This document shows positions 53,962 to 63,289 of a stretch of 64,000 nucleotides of DNA, in pieces. Source of the stretch: Acidimicrobiia bacterium. Lineage in GTDB: Bacteria; Actinomycetota; Acidimicrobiia; IMCC26256; PALSA-610. The number at the start of each line of letters is the position of its first letter. Position 1 is the stretch's first letter. The DNA lies in contig JBBSEC010000001.1 in assembly GCA_038240075.1 (NCBI GenBank), forward strand, positions 69,151 through 133,150, in the 5' to 3' direction. The notes beneath the pieces were generated by a model. It saw only the letters and a list, made by a program, of their open reading frames with translations. It did no database searches and was not told the DNA's origin. The translations under genes and the position numbers were made by a program.

Positions 53962-56700
53962 ATGGACCTCGCGCCGCAGCTGTTGAAACGCGCGCGCGGT
54001 CTTCGTTCGGAACGAGGCTCCGAACCCGTTTCTGAGACGGCCATCGCAACGCGCGCCGACGCGCGCGGCGCCGCACACGACGCCGACGAACCTCGGTTCA
54101 TGGTCGAGGAGATCGTCGGGATCGCGGTGCTGATCGTGGTCGTCGGGGTCGTGCTCGCGGCGGTGCATCCGAGCCTGCTCGTGCGCAACACGACGCCCAA
54201 CGGCGGCGACATGGGCGCGCACGTGTGGTGGCCCGCGTTCCTGCGCGACCACTGGTTCAACCACTTCCGCCTGGCCGGCTGGGCACCCGACTGGTACGCC
54301 GGCTTCCCGGTCGGGCAGTTCTACTTCCCGTTGCCCGCCCTGCTCGTCGACGTGCTCGCGATCGTGATGCCGTACAACGTCGCGTTCAAGTTCGTGACGG
54401 TCAGCGGCTCGCTGCTGCTGCCCATCTCGGCCTACGTGTTCGCACGCGCGCTGAAGTTCCCGTGGCCGTCGCCGCCGTTGTTCGCACTCGCGATGCTCCG
54501 CTACCTCTTCGAGACGCGCAACGGCGCGCTCACCAAGGGCCAGGACGCGTGGACGATCTACGGAGGCAACCTCGCGAGCACGCTCGCGGGCGAGTTCTCC
54601 TTCGTGCTCGGCATGGCGTTGTGCCTGTTCTTCCTCGCCGCGCTGGCCCACGCCCTCGACCCCCAGACCCCGGCCCATCGGCGCCGGCTGTGGCTGCCGG
54701 CCGTGTTGTTGGCGGCCACGGTGCTGTGCCACATCGTCATCGCGGCGCTCGCCGCGGTCGGCGCAGTCGCGGTCTGGCTCACGCGCCGGCCGCTGCGCAC
54801 CTGGAAGCCCGCGCTCGCAATCGGTGCCGTCGGCGCGCTGCTCACCGCGGTGTGGTCGGTTCCCCTCGTCGTCGACACGCCGTACACGCAGAGCATGCGC
54901 TACGAGAAGGTCACCACCTTCGCGATCCACCTGTTCGGCTTCCGCGCCGACCAGCACAGCCCGCTCATCCCGCGGCCGGAGTGGATGTGGTTCCTGATCG
55001 TCGTCGCGGTGCTCGCCGCCGGATGGTGGCGCCGGGCCTCGACCCTCGTGCTCATCGTTCTCGCCACGTCGTTCGCGTTGTTCTTCCGGTTCTGGCCCGA
55101 GCACAGCGTCTGGAACACGCGCTACCTGCCGCTCTACTACCTGTCGCTCGCGCTGCTCGCCGCCGTCGGGGTCGCGGAGATCCTGCGCGTCACCGAGTCG
55201 ATCGCGCGGTGGTCGTACGACTGGATCCGCGAGGGCGACCGCCTCGACGAGCTCAGGGACGCCGAGCTGGCCCACGTGCACCCGTATACCGCGGTCGAAC
55301 CGCACGCGGCCGACGGTCCGGTCTGGGTCGACTCCGACCGCCTCGACTCAGAACCGGTCGACGCCGAGATCGTCGACGACAGCGTCGCGATGGTGCCGGC
55401 GTCGACGTGGAGCAACGGCGCGCTCGCGAGCACCGGTGGCGAAGCGCCGCCGCCGTACGACGAGGTCGAGCACGCGTGGCGCCGCCGCCTCGCGGGTGTC
55501 ATCACGTTGGTGATCTTCCTCACCGCCGTCACGGTGCCGACGGTGTGGTGGGTGGTCGACCACGAAGGCGTCGCGCCCGATTGGGCGACGTGGAACTACG
55601 AGGGCTACCAGGCCAAGCCCGCGTATCCGGAGTTCAAGGACATCATGACGACGATGGGCAAGCTGCCGCCCGGGCGCGCGCTCTGGGAACCGTCGGGCGA
55701 CATCAACAACTACGGCACGACGCTCGCGCTCGAGCTGCTTCCGTACTTCACACACGGCCGCATCGACTCGATGGAAGGGCTCTACTTCGAGTCGTCCGCG
55801 ACCACCGACTTCCACTTCATGACCGTGAGCGAGCTCACCGCGCCCGGTGCCGCGTCGAACCCCGTGCGCGGGCTCGTCTACGGCACGATCGACGATTTCA
55901 ACAAGGGCGTCGAGCATCTCCAGCTGCTCGGTGTGCGGTACTTCATGGCCGAGTCGTCCGACGCGAAGGCGAAGGCCGACGCCAACGAGGGCCTGAAGCT
56001 CGTGGCGAGCGTGCCCGACCTCGACAAGCAGGCGCCGCACGGTTGGAAGATCTACGAGGTGAAGGGCTGGAACCTCGCGCAGGCGTTGCAATACGAGCCC
56101 GTCGTCGTGTCGACACACGCGGGCCCGTCGTCGAAGTGCTTCGACACGGCGCCGCCGCAGAAGGCTGTGCACGATCCCGAGCTCGCCGCGTGGGAGTGCT
56201 CGGCCGGGCCCTGGTGGAACAGCGGCAATCTCGACCGGCCCTTCGCCGCCGACGGGCCCGCGCCCTGGGCGCGCGCGTCGAGCGTCGCCGCGGCGGAGAA
56301 GGTCACGCCCCGCCCGCTGCCGGCGGTCACCGTCGGCCCGGTCGACGAGGGGGTCGACTCGATCTCGTTCCACGTCTCGCGCGTCGGTGTTCCCGTCGTC
56401 GTGAAGACGTCGTACTTCCCGAACTGGCAGGCGCACGGTGCGCGCGGACCGTGGCGGCTTGCCCCCAATCTCATGGTCGTCGTGCCGACGAGCAAGGACG
56501 TGCGCCTCACCTACGGCGAGACGACCGGCGACAAGGCGGGCCGGGTCCTGACGGTCGTGGGAGTGCTCGGGATCGTCGGGCTGGTGCGCCTGCGGCCGTC
56601 GTCGGATCCGGTCGTCCCCGGGCCCCCCGAGCCGGTCGTCTCCGACGAGCCCGAAACCGTCGTCGCCGACGAGCCCGAGGAGGTCCCGGCGCTACCATGA
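53962..56700 (+). CDS. large polytopic membrane protein, GT-C-like (resembles PTPS-related/COG5617 membrane glycosyltransferase-like family)
   Basis: 912 aa. NGGDMGAHVWWP and WAPDWYAGFP near the first TM segments. About 10 hydrophobic segments, then a ~450-aa soluble domain and a terminal TM segment. Family call is from memory only. Confidence 0.65.
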   Translation: MDLAPQLLKRARGLRSERGSEPVSETAIATRADARGAAHDADEPRFMVEEIVGIAVLIVVVGVVLAAVHPSLLVRNTTPNGGDMGAHVWWPAFLRDHWFNHFRLAGWAPDWYAGFPVGQFYFPLPALLVDVLAIVMPYNVAFKFVTVSGSLLLPISAYVFARALKFPWPSPPLFALAMLRYLFETRNGALTKGQDAWTIYGGNLASTLAGEFSFVLGMALCLFFLAALAHALDPQTPAHRRRLWLPAVLLAATVLCHIVIAALAAVGAVAVWLTRRPLRTWKPALAIGAVGALLTAVWSVPLVVDTPYTQSMRYEKVTTFAIHLFGFRADQHSPLIPRPEWMWFLIVVAVLAAGWWRRASTLVLIVLATSFALFFRFWPEHSVWNTRYLPLYYLSLALLAAVGVAEILRVTESIARWSYDWIREGDRLDELRDAELAHVHPYTAVEPHAADGPVWVDSDRLDSEPVDAEIVDDSVAMVPASTWSNGALASTGGEAPPPYDEVEHAWRRRLAGVITLVIFLTAVTVPTVWWVVDHEGVAPDWATWNYEGYQAKPAYPEFKDIMTTMGKLPPGRALWEPSGDINNYGTTLALELLPYFTHGRIDSMEGLYFESSATTDFHFMTVSELTAPGAASNPVRGLVYGTIDDFNKGVEHLQLLGVRYFMAESSDAKAKADANEGLKLVASVPDLDKQAPHGWKIYEVKGWNLAQALQYEPVVVSTHAGPSSKCFDTAPPQKAVHDPELAAWECSAGPWWNSGNLDRPFAADGPAPWARASSVAAAEKVTPRPLPAVTVGPVDEGVDSISFHVSRVGVPVVVKTSYFPNWQAHGARGPWRLAPNLMVVVPTSKDVRLTYGETTGDKAGRVLTVVGVLGIVGLVRLRPSSDPVVPGPPEPVVSDEPETVVADEPEEVPALP

Positions 56701-58097
56701 CCGGGCCCCGCGTCCGGGGTCCCACGTCATCGGAAGAAGGGCAGCGGGTGTCTCTGGACGCCATCTTCAAGGCCTACGACATCCGGGGTCTCTACCCCGA
56801 CGAGATCGACGAGGCCATCGCCCGCCGGGTCGGCAACGCCTTCGCGCGCTTCACGGGCGCGGCCCGGATCCTCGTCGCCCGCGACATGCGGCCGTCGTCG
56901 ATCCCGCTGTCCGAGGCGTTCGCCGAGGGCGCGACCCTCGCAGGTGCCGACGTGACCGAGCTCGGCCTGGCGTCGACCGATCTCGCCTACTTCGCATCGG
57001 GAACGCTCGACGCACCCGCGGCGATGTTCACCGCCAGCCACAACCCTGCGCAGTACAACGGCATCAAGCTGTGCCGGGCGGGAGCCGCGCCGATCGGCGA
57101 AGAGACCGGGCTGCGCCAGATCCGCGCCACCGTCGAGAGCGGCGTCGTCGAGCGGGCCGAGCTGGCCGGCAGCATCGACTCCGCCGACATGCTCGAGGCG
57201 TTCGCGGCGCACGTCCGCGGCTTCGTCGACCCCGCGGTGCTACGCCCGTTGCGCGTCGTGGCCGACACCGCCAACGGCATGGGCGGCCTCGTGGTGCCGC
57301 GCGTGTTCGAGGGCCTGCCGTTCGATCTTCGGATTCTCTACGGTGAGCTCGACGGCACGTTCCCGAACCACCCCGCCGACCCGATCCAACCCGAGAACCT
57401 CAAGGACCTGCAGCGCGCGGTGCTCGACGCACGCGCCGATGTCGGTCTCGCGTTCGACGGCGACGCGGATCGCGTGTTCCTCGTCGACGACCAGGGTCAA
57501 CCGGTGTCGGGCTCGACCACGACGGCGATCATCGCCAAGGGAATCCTCGCCCGGCACCCCGGCGAGACGATCGTCCACAACCTGATCTGCTCGAAGGCGC
57601 TCCCCGAGGTCATTCGCGAGAACGGTGGAGTCCCCGTACGCACGCGGGTCGGGCACTCGTTCATCAAGCAGGTCATGGCCGACACCGGCGCCATCTTCGG
57701 TGGTGAGCACTCGGCGCACTACTACTTCCGCGACAACTGGCGCGCCGACTCCGGCTCGATCGCGGCGGTGATGGTGCTCGAGCAGATCAGCCTGGCCGGC
57801 CTGCCGCTCTCGGAGTTGCGCAAGCCGTTCGAGCGGTACTCGCAGTCGGGTGAGATCAACACGCGCGTCGACGATCCGCTCGCGGTGATCGAACGCGTCG
57901 CGGCCACGTACCACGACGCCGAGTCGGATCGGCTCGACGGCCTCACCGTCGATCTCGGAGACTGGTGGTTCAACCTGCGCGCCAGCAACACCGAGCCGCT
58001 GTTGCGCCTCAACCTCGAAGCGGCCGACGCGGCCGCGTGCGAAGCTCACACGGCCGAAGTGCTCACGCTCGTGCGTGGCACCGACGACCCGAGTTGA
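56697..58097 (+). CDS. phosphomannomutase/phosphoglucomutase
   Basis: Distal part of ORF 54225..58097. IFKAYDIRG. Catalytic TASHNP. FDGDADR. GGEHSAHYYF. Start is ATG 56697 (ATGA overlap) or GTG 56748. Confidence 0.9.
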   Translation: MTGPRVRGPTSSEEGQRVSLDAIFKAYDIRGLYPDEIDEAIARRVGNAFARFTGAARILVARDMRPSSIPLSEAFAEGATLAGADVTELGLASTDLAYFASGTLDAPAAMFTASHNPAQYNGIKLCRAGAAPIGEETGLRQIRATVESGVVERAELAGSIDSADMLEAFAAHVRGFVDPAVLRPLRVVADTANGMGGLVVPRVFEGLPFDLRILYGELDGTFPNHPADPIQPENLKDLQRAVLDARADVGLAFDGDADRVFLVDDQGQPVSGSTTTAIIAKGILARHPGETIVHNLICSKALPEVIRENGGVPVRTRVGHSFIKQVMADTGAIFGGEHSAHYYFRDNWRADSGSIAAVMVLEQISLAGLPLSELRKPFERYSQSGEINTRVDDPLAVIERVAATYHDAESDRLDGLTVDLGDWWFNLRASNTEPLLRLNLEAADAAACEAHTAEVLTLVRGTDDPS

Positions 58098-58164
58098 ACC
58101 AAGCGCTCTGAACCAAGCGCTCTGAACCAATCGCTGTGAACCAATCGCTGTGAACTGATCGCAA
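58095..58164. repeat. five tandem 14-bp repeats (TGAACCAAGCGCTC x2, TGAACCAATCGCTG x2, TGAACTGATCGCAA)
   Basis: Read directly. The array begins with the pmm stop codon and ends 1 nt before the AAGGAG RBS of the Trm112-like gene. Confidence 0.95.
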
Positions 58165-58176
58165 CAAGGAGTATCT

Positions 58177-58413
58177 GTGGCGCTCGACCCGAAGTTGCTC
58201 GAGATCCTCGCCTGCCCCGACGACAAGGGCCCGCTGCTCTACTTCGCCGACGAGCAATCGCTCTACAACCCGCGCTTGAAGCGGCGCTACGAGATCAACG
58301 ACGACATCCCCAACATGCTCGTCGACGAGTCCGAGACCGTCAGCGACGCCGAGCACGAACGGCTGGTCGCCAAGGCTGCGGCCGACGGGATCCGACCCAC
58401 GTTCGAGGCCTGA
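58177..58413 (+). CDS. Trm112 family small zinc-finger-like protein
   Basis: 78 aa. LLEILACPDDKGPL and YEINDDIPNMLVDE. RBS AAGGAG at 58166..58171. Confidence 0.8.
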   Translation: MALDPKLLEILACPDDKGPLLYFADEQSLYNPRLKRRYEINDDIPNMLVDESETVSDAEHERLVAKAAADGIRPTFEA

Positions 58414-58421
58414 TCGCCGCC

Positions 58422-59486
58422 GTGGCGGTTCCGGGCGATTCCCTCGATTTCCTCGGCGCGGTCGCGGGACTGCCCGAGCAGCTCGCCGACGCGCACGCCG
58501 CCGCGGCTCCGCAGGTTGCGGCGGCCGTTGCCGGCGGGCAGCTCCCGGCGATGGACGCGATCGACAACATCGTCATCCTCGGTATGGGCGGCTCGGGCAT
58601 CTCCGGCGACGTGCTTGCGGCGGTCGCCAACTCGACGCTGCCGGTGCCCGTGACCGTGTTGAAGCAGTACCGCTGCCCGAAGTTCGTCGGCCCGCGCACC
58701 CTCGCGTTCGCGGTGTCGTACTCGGGTGGCACCGAAGAGACCGAGTCGATGGCCGAAGGCGTGCTCGAGTCGGGAGCGACGCTGGTCGTCGTCTCGAAAG
58801 GCGGCGAGCTCGGAACCCTCGCGCAGCGCGCCGACGCGCTGCGGCTGACGTGTCCCGACGGCTACCTCCCGCGCGCGGCGCTCGGCGCGCTGATCGCTCC
58901 GCTCTTCGCGACGCTCGAAGGCATCGGCATGCTGCCCGACGCGAGCGCGTGGTTGGCCGACGCGGCCGTGCAGCTCGCGTCGCGACGCGACCGCTGCGCC
59001 CCGGCGGTCGTCGGTGCAGCGAACCCCGCGCGCGAGCTCGCGCGGCAGATCGGGCGCACGATCCCGCTCGTCTACGGCGGTGGCGCGCTCGGCGCGGTCG
59101 CGGCGTACCGCTGGAAGTGCGACGTCAACGAGAACGCGAAGGCCCCCGCGTTCTGGAACACGCATCCCGAGCTCGACCACAACGAGATCTGCGCGTGGGG
59201 CCAGCACGGCGACGTCACCCGCCAGGTGCTGACAGTCGTCGAGCTGCGACACTCGTTCGAGCACGAACGGCTCGAGCTGCGGTTCGAGGTCGTGCGCGAG
59301 CTCATGCGTGAAGCCGTGCACACCATCCTCGAAGTGCGGGCCGAGGGCAACAGCCGCCTCGCGCAGCTCCTCGACCTCATGTACGTCGGCGACTGGGTCT
59401 CGTGCTACCTCGCGCTCGACAACGACGTCGACCCCGGCCCGATCGACGCCATCTTCCAGCTCAAGGACCGTCTCGCCGCGCTCTGA
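58422..59486 (+). CDS. bifunctional phosphoglucose/phosphomannose isomerase (SIS domain)
   Basis: 354 aa. ILGMGGSGISGD, SYSGGTEET, C-terminal WVSCYLAL. Confidence 0.85.
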   Translation: MAVPGDSLDFLGAVAGLPEQLADAHAAAAPQVAAAVAGGQLPAMDAIDNIVILGMGGSGISGDVLAAVANSTLPVPVTVLKQYRCPKFVGPRTLAFAVSYSGGTEETESMAEGVLESGATLVVVSKGGELGTLAQRADALRLTCPDGYLPRAALGALIAPLFATLEGIGMLPDASAWLADAAVQLASRRDRCAPAVVGAANPARELARQIGRTIPLVYGGGALGAVAAYRWKCDVNENAKAPAFWNTHPELDHNEICAWGQHGDVTRQVLTVVELRHSFEHERLELRFEVVRELMREAVHTILEVRAEGNSRLAQLLDLMYVGDWVSCYLALDNDVDPGPIDAIFQLKDRLAAL

Positions 59487-59524
59487 ACCGCGCGGGTTTG
59501 AGCGCGGAGCTGAGTCATCGGCTG

Positions 59525-60241
59525 ATGATCCGGGTCTCGGCGAACAAGTCGACGAACTGGTCGGGCTACAACCAGGGCTCGCAGGCGCTCGGCGGCAAGA
59601 TGTTCCACGAGGTCGCGGGCGACTGGACCGTTCCGAAGCCGAGCGCGCACAAGGTCGGAGAAGCGGAGTACTCCTCCGACTGGATCGGCATCGGCGGCGG
59701 TTGCGTCAACGCGAGCTGCTCGATCGGTGACAACACGCTCATCCAGACCGGCACCGAGCAGGACATCGCGGAGAACGGCACGCGCAGCTACACCGCGTGG
59801 TACGAGCTGATCCCCGCGCCCGAGACGCGTATCCCGTCGTTGGCAGTGCATGCGGGCGACCGGATGCACGCCGAGATCTTCGAGAAGATGGCCGGGTCGA
59901 ACGTCTGGACGATCGTGCTCACCGACCGCACGACGGGGAAGACGTTCACGACGACCAAGCCGTATTCGTCGTCGCACCTGACCGTCGAGTGGATCCAGGA
60001 GCGCCCCACTCTCATCACGACCGGAGGCACGGCGCTCGCGCCGTTGCCCAAGCTCACCAACCCCGCGTTCAATCTCGGGAAGGTCAACCGCGTGGCGGCC
60101 GGGCTCAAGGCCACGCAGGAGATCCAGATGACGAACGCGACCGGCGTGGTGATCGGGGTTCCGTCGGCGCCCGACCCCACGGCCGACGGGTTCAATGCCT
60201 GTACCTACGCCACCGCCTGCGCGGCCCCCACTTCCGGCTGA
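59525..60241 (+). CDS. peptidase family G1 (eqolisin/scytalidoglutamic peptidase-like)
   Basis: ATG 59525 (or TTG 59498) inside ORF 59402..60241. STNWSGY, DWIGIGG, LIQTG (catalytic Gln), [15 protein letters not shown] (catalytic Glu). Collinear with fungal scytalidoglutamic peptidase as remembered. Confidence 0.75.
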   Translation: MIRVSANKSTNWSGYNQGSQALGGKMFHEVAGDWTVPKPSAHKVGEAEYSSDWIGIGGGCVNASCSIGDNTLIQTGTEQDIAENGTRSYTAWYELIPAPETRIPSLAVHAGDRMHAEIFEKMAGSNVWTIVLTDRTTGKTFTTTKPYSSSHLTVEWIQERPTLITTGGTALAPLPKLTNPAFNLGKVNRVAAGLKATQEIQMTNATGVVIGVPSAPDPTADGFNACTYATACAAPTSG

Positions 60242-60375
60242 ACGGAGCGATCCGCTACAATCGCCGGGTTCGTAGGTCGGGCCGCAATGTCGGCTGTCAC
60301 CCGGTGATCCGGGCCGACTCCCACGCTCGTGGCGCGTCGGCTCTCGGCGCGCCCCTCGGCGAAGGAGCCGTTCCG

Positions 60376-61851
60376 TTGACAACCACCCAAGCGAAGACTG
60401 CGCGCAAGACCCTCGAAGCCGGCACCGATTTCAAGGTCGCCGATCTCTCGTTGCACACCTTCGGGCGCAAAGAGATCGACCTGGCCGAGCACGAGATGCC
60501 GGGCCTCATGGCGTTGCGCGAGAAGTACGCGGCGAGCCAGCCGTTGGCCGGTGCCCGCATCACCGGTTCGTTGCACATGACGATCCAGACCGCGGTGCTC
60601 ATCGAGACCCTCACCCACCTCGGTGCCGACGTCCGTTGGGCGTCGTGCAACATCTTCTCCACGCAGGATCACGCGGCGGCCGCGATCGCGGTCGGCCCGA
60701 CCGGCACGCCCGACCAGCCGCAGGGCGTCCCCGTCTACGCGTGGAAGGGCGAGACGCTCGAGGAGTACTGGTGGTGCACCGAGCAGGCGCTCCGCTGGCC
60801 CGACGGCGGACCGAACATGATCCTCGACGACGGTGGCGACGCCACGCTCGCCGTGCACCGCGGTGTCGACTTCGAGAAGGCCGGCGCGGTGCCGAAGCCC
60901 GGTCCCGACGACTCCGAGGAGTACGCGTTCGTGCTCGGCATGCTTGCCCGCGTGCTGAAGGACGACCCGAAGTGCTGGCACAACATGGCCGGTGAGCTGC
61001 TCGGTGTCACCGAGGAGACCACGACCGGCGTGCACCGCCTCTATCAGATGATGGAAGCGGGATCGCTGCTGTTCCCCGCGATCAACGTGAACGACTCGGT
61101 CACGAAGTCGAAGTTCGACAACCTCTACGGCTGCCGGCACTCACTCGTCGACGGCATCTGCCGCGCGACCGACGTGATGCTCGCGGGCAAGGTGGCGGTC
61201 GTCTGCGGCTACGGCGACGTCGGCAAGGGCTGCGCGCAGTCGCTGCGCGGTCAGGGCGCGCGCGTCATCATCACCGAGATCGACCCGATCTGCGCGCTGC
61301 AGGCCGCGATGGAGGGCTTCGAGGTCACCACGCTCGACGACGTCGTCGAGACGGCCGACCTCTTCGTCACCGCGACCGGCAATCTCGCGATCATCACCGC
61401 GGCCGACATGGCGCGGATGAAGCACAACGCGATCGTCGGCAACATCGGTCACTTCGACAACGAGATCGACATGGCCGGGCTCACGAAGACCAAGGGCATC
61501 AAGCGCGTCAACATCAAGCCTCAGGTCGACGAGTGGGTGTTCGCCGACGGGCACTCGATCATCGTGCTGGCGGAGGGCCGCCTGCTCAACCTCGGTTGCG
61601 CGACCGGCCACCCGAGCTTCGTGATGTCGAACAGCTTCAGCAACCAGGTGATCGCGCAGATCGAGCTGTTCACCCACCGTGATTTCTACGAGCGCAAGGT
61701 GTACACGCTTCCGAAGCACCTCGACGAGGAAGTGGCGCGGCTCCACCTCGGCAAGTTGGGTGTGCGGCTCACGAAGCTCACCGACGCGCAGGCCGACTAC
61801 CTCGGCGTGCCGCTCGAGGGACCGTTCAAGCCGGAGCACTACCGGTACTAG
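60376..61851 (+). CDS. ahcY: adenosylhomocysteinase
   Basis: TTG 60376 lies 8 nt after GAAGGAG, inside ORF 59797..61851. [39 protein letters not shown]-terminus KPEHYRY. Confidence 0.95.
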   Translation: MTTTQAKTARKTLEAGTDFKVADLSLHTFGRKEIDLAEHEMPGLMALREKYAASQPLAGARITGSLHMTIQTAVLIETLTHLGADVRWASCNIFSTQDHAAAAIAVGPTGTPDQPQGVPVYAWKGETLEEYWWCTEQALRWPDGGPNMILDDGGDATLAVHRGVDFEKAGAVPKPGPDDSEEYAFVLGMLARVLKDDPKCWHNMAGELLGVTEETTTGVHRLYQMMEAGSLLFPAINVNDSVTKSKFDNLYGCRHSLVDGICRATDVMLAGKVAVVCGYGDVGKGCAQSLRGQGARVIITEIDPICALQAAMEGFEVTTLDDVVETADLFVTATGNLAIITAADMARMKHNAIVGNIGHFDNEIDMAGLTKTKGIKRVNIKPQVDEWVFADGHSIIVLAEGRLLNLGCATGHPSFVMSNSFSNQVIAQIELFTHRDFYERKVYTLPKHLDEEVARLHLGKLGVRLTKLTDAQADYLGVPLEGPFKPEHYRY

Positions 61852-61858
61852 GACCCCG

Positions 61859-62395
61859 CTACGAGGAGCGCGTCTCCCACGCGGACCGGAGCAACTCGTA
61901 CTCGACCTCACCGAGGTTGGTGCCGTCGATCGGGTCGTCGAACTCGACATGGAAGGTGCGGGCGTAGTGCAGCCCGCACCTCTCCATGACGGCGCGTGAC
62001 CGGACGTTGACCGCCATGGTCTCCGCCCAGATCCGGCGCGCACCGAGCTCGCGGAACGCGAGGTCGATCAGCGCGCGCGTGCCTTCGGTCGCGAGGCCCT
62101 GGCCCCACGCCGCGCGTCGGAGCCGGTAGCCGACCTCGTACTCGGCCTCGGTGGTCGCCGACGGCACGAGCCCGAACCAACCGACGAACTCCGCGGTCGC
62201 GCGATCGGTTGCCATCCAGCGTCGACCCATCCGCTTGCGGACGGTGTCGACGACGCGTGCGCGCGGTGTCGGCTTCCCGCCGGTGATGTAGCGCATCACC
62301 TCGGGATCACTGTCGAGCGCGACGAGCGTGTCGACGTCGTCGAACGTGAGCGGTCGCAGTGTCATGCGCTCGGTTTCGACGATTCCGATCGTCAT
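61859..62395 (-). CDS. GNAT family N-acetyltransferase
   Basis: 178 aa. LRPLTFDD, WGQGLATEG, AVNVRSRAVMERCG. Confidence 0.85.
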   Translation of the reverse strand: MTIGIVETERMTLRPLTFDDVDTLVALDSDPEVMRYITGGKPTPRARVVDTVRKRMGRRWMATDRATAEFVGWFGLVPSATTEAEYEVGYRLRRAAWGQGLATEGTRALIDLAFRELGARRIWAETMAVNVRSRAVMERCGLHYARTFHVEFDDPIDGTNLGEVEYELLRSAWETRSS

Positions 62396-62439
62396 CGCCC
62401 GCTAGCTTGGCGCGCGCCGGACGCCGCGGGAGGAACCTT

Positions 62440-63279
62440 ATGCAGGAGCTCGAAGGACGGGTCGCGGTCGTCACGGGAGGCGCGAGCGGGATCGGCTTCG
62501 CGCTCGCAACGCGCTTCGCGAGCGCGGGGATGCGCATCGTCCTCGGTGACGTCGAGGCTCCGGCGCTCGAGAAAGCGGTCGCCGCGCTGCAGGAGGGCGG
62601 CGCCGACGTGATCGGCGTCCCTACCGACGTGACCGATCCGGAACAGGTCGAGGAGCTCGCCCGCGCCGCGGAGCGTCAGTTCGGGGCCATCCACATCGCC
62701 TGCAACAACGCGGGCGTGGGTGCGGGCGGCCTCTCGTGGGAGGCGCCGCTCGAGACGTGGCAGTGGGTCATCGGCGTCAACCTCTGGGGTGTCGTCCACG
62801 GCATCCGCGCGTTCGTTCCGCGCATCATCGAGCAGTCGTCGGGCCACGTGGTGAACACCGCGTCGGTCGCGGGGCTCGTCGCGGCGCCGTTCATGGGGCC
62901 GTACAACGCATCGAAGCACGCGGTGGTCGCCGTCTCGGAGACGCTGCACCACGAGCTCGCGCTCGTCGCGCCGCACGTCAAGGTGTCGGTGTTGTGCCCG
63001 GCCTGGGTCAACACGCGGATCGGTGAGAGCGAACGCAATCGGCTCGCGGGCCTGACGATCGCGCCGAACGAAGGCGAGTCGCTGATGCAGGAGGCGCTCC
63101 GGGGCTTCCTCGCCAACGGCCTCGACCCCGCGGCCGTCGCCGAACGGGTGCACGACGCGGTGCTCACCGAACGCTTCTGGGTCCTGACGCACGACACCGA
63201 GGACTCGTGGATGGCGGCGGTGCGAGCCCGCGGCCGCTCGGTCGAAGAAGGCACGAACCCCGGCTTCAGCGGCGTGTGA
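62440..63279 (+). CDS. short-chain dehydrogenase/reductase (SDR)
   Basis: ATG 62440 after GGGAGG. VTGGASGIG, NNAG, YNASKHA. Confidence 0.85.
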   Translation: MQELEGRVAVVTGGASGIGFALATRFASAGMRIVLGDVEAPALEKAVAALQEGGADVIGVPTDVTDPEQVEELARAAERQFGAIHIACNNAGVGAGGLSWEAPLETWQWVIGVNLWGVVHGIRAFVPRIIEQSSGHVVNTASVAGLVAAPFMGPYNASKHAVVAVSETLHHELALVAPHVKVSVLCPAWVNTRIGESERNRLAGLTIAPNEGESLMQEALRGFLANGLDPAAVAERVHDAVLTERFWVLTHDTEDSWMAAVRARGRSVEEGTNPGFSGV

Positions 63280-63289
63280 CGAACTGCCC

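Noticed and set aside
54225-56696. Upstream 824 codons of the 1290-aa ORF that ends as pmm
   Set aside because: This is an alternative frame of the GT-C-like membrane protein gene, whose own frame gives coherent TM segments. The translation here is Arg/Pro/Ala/Gly-rich.
58095-58164. CRISPR array
   Set aside because: The repeats are only 14 bp and directly abutting with no spacers. No cas genes are in the window.
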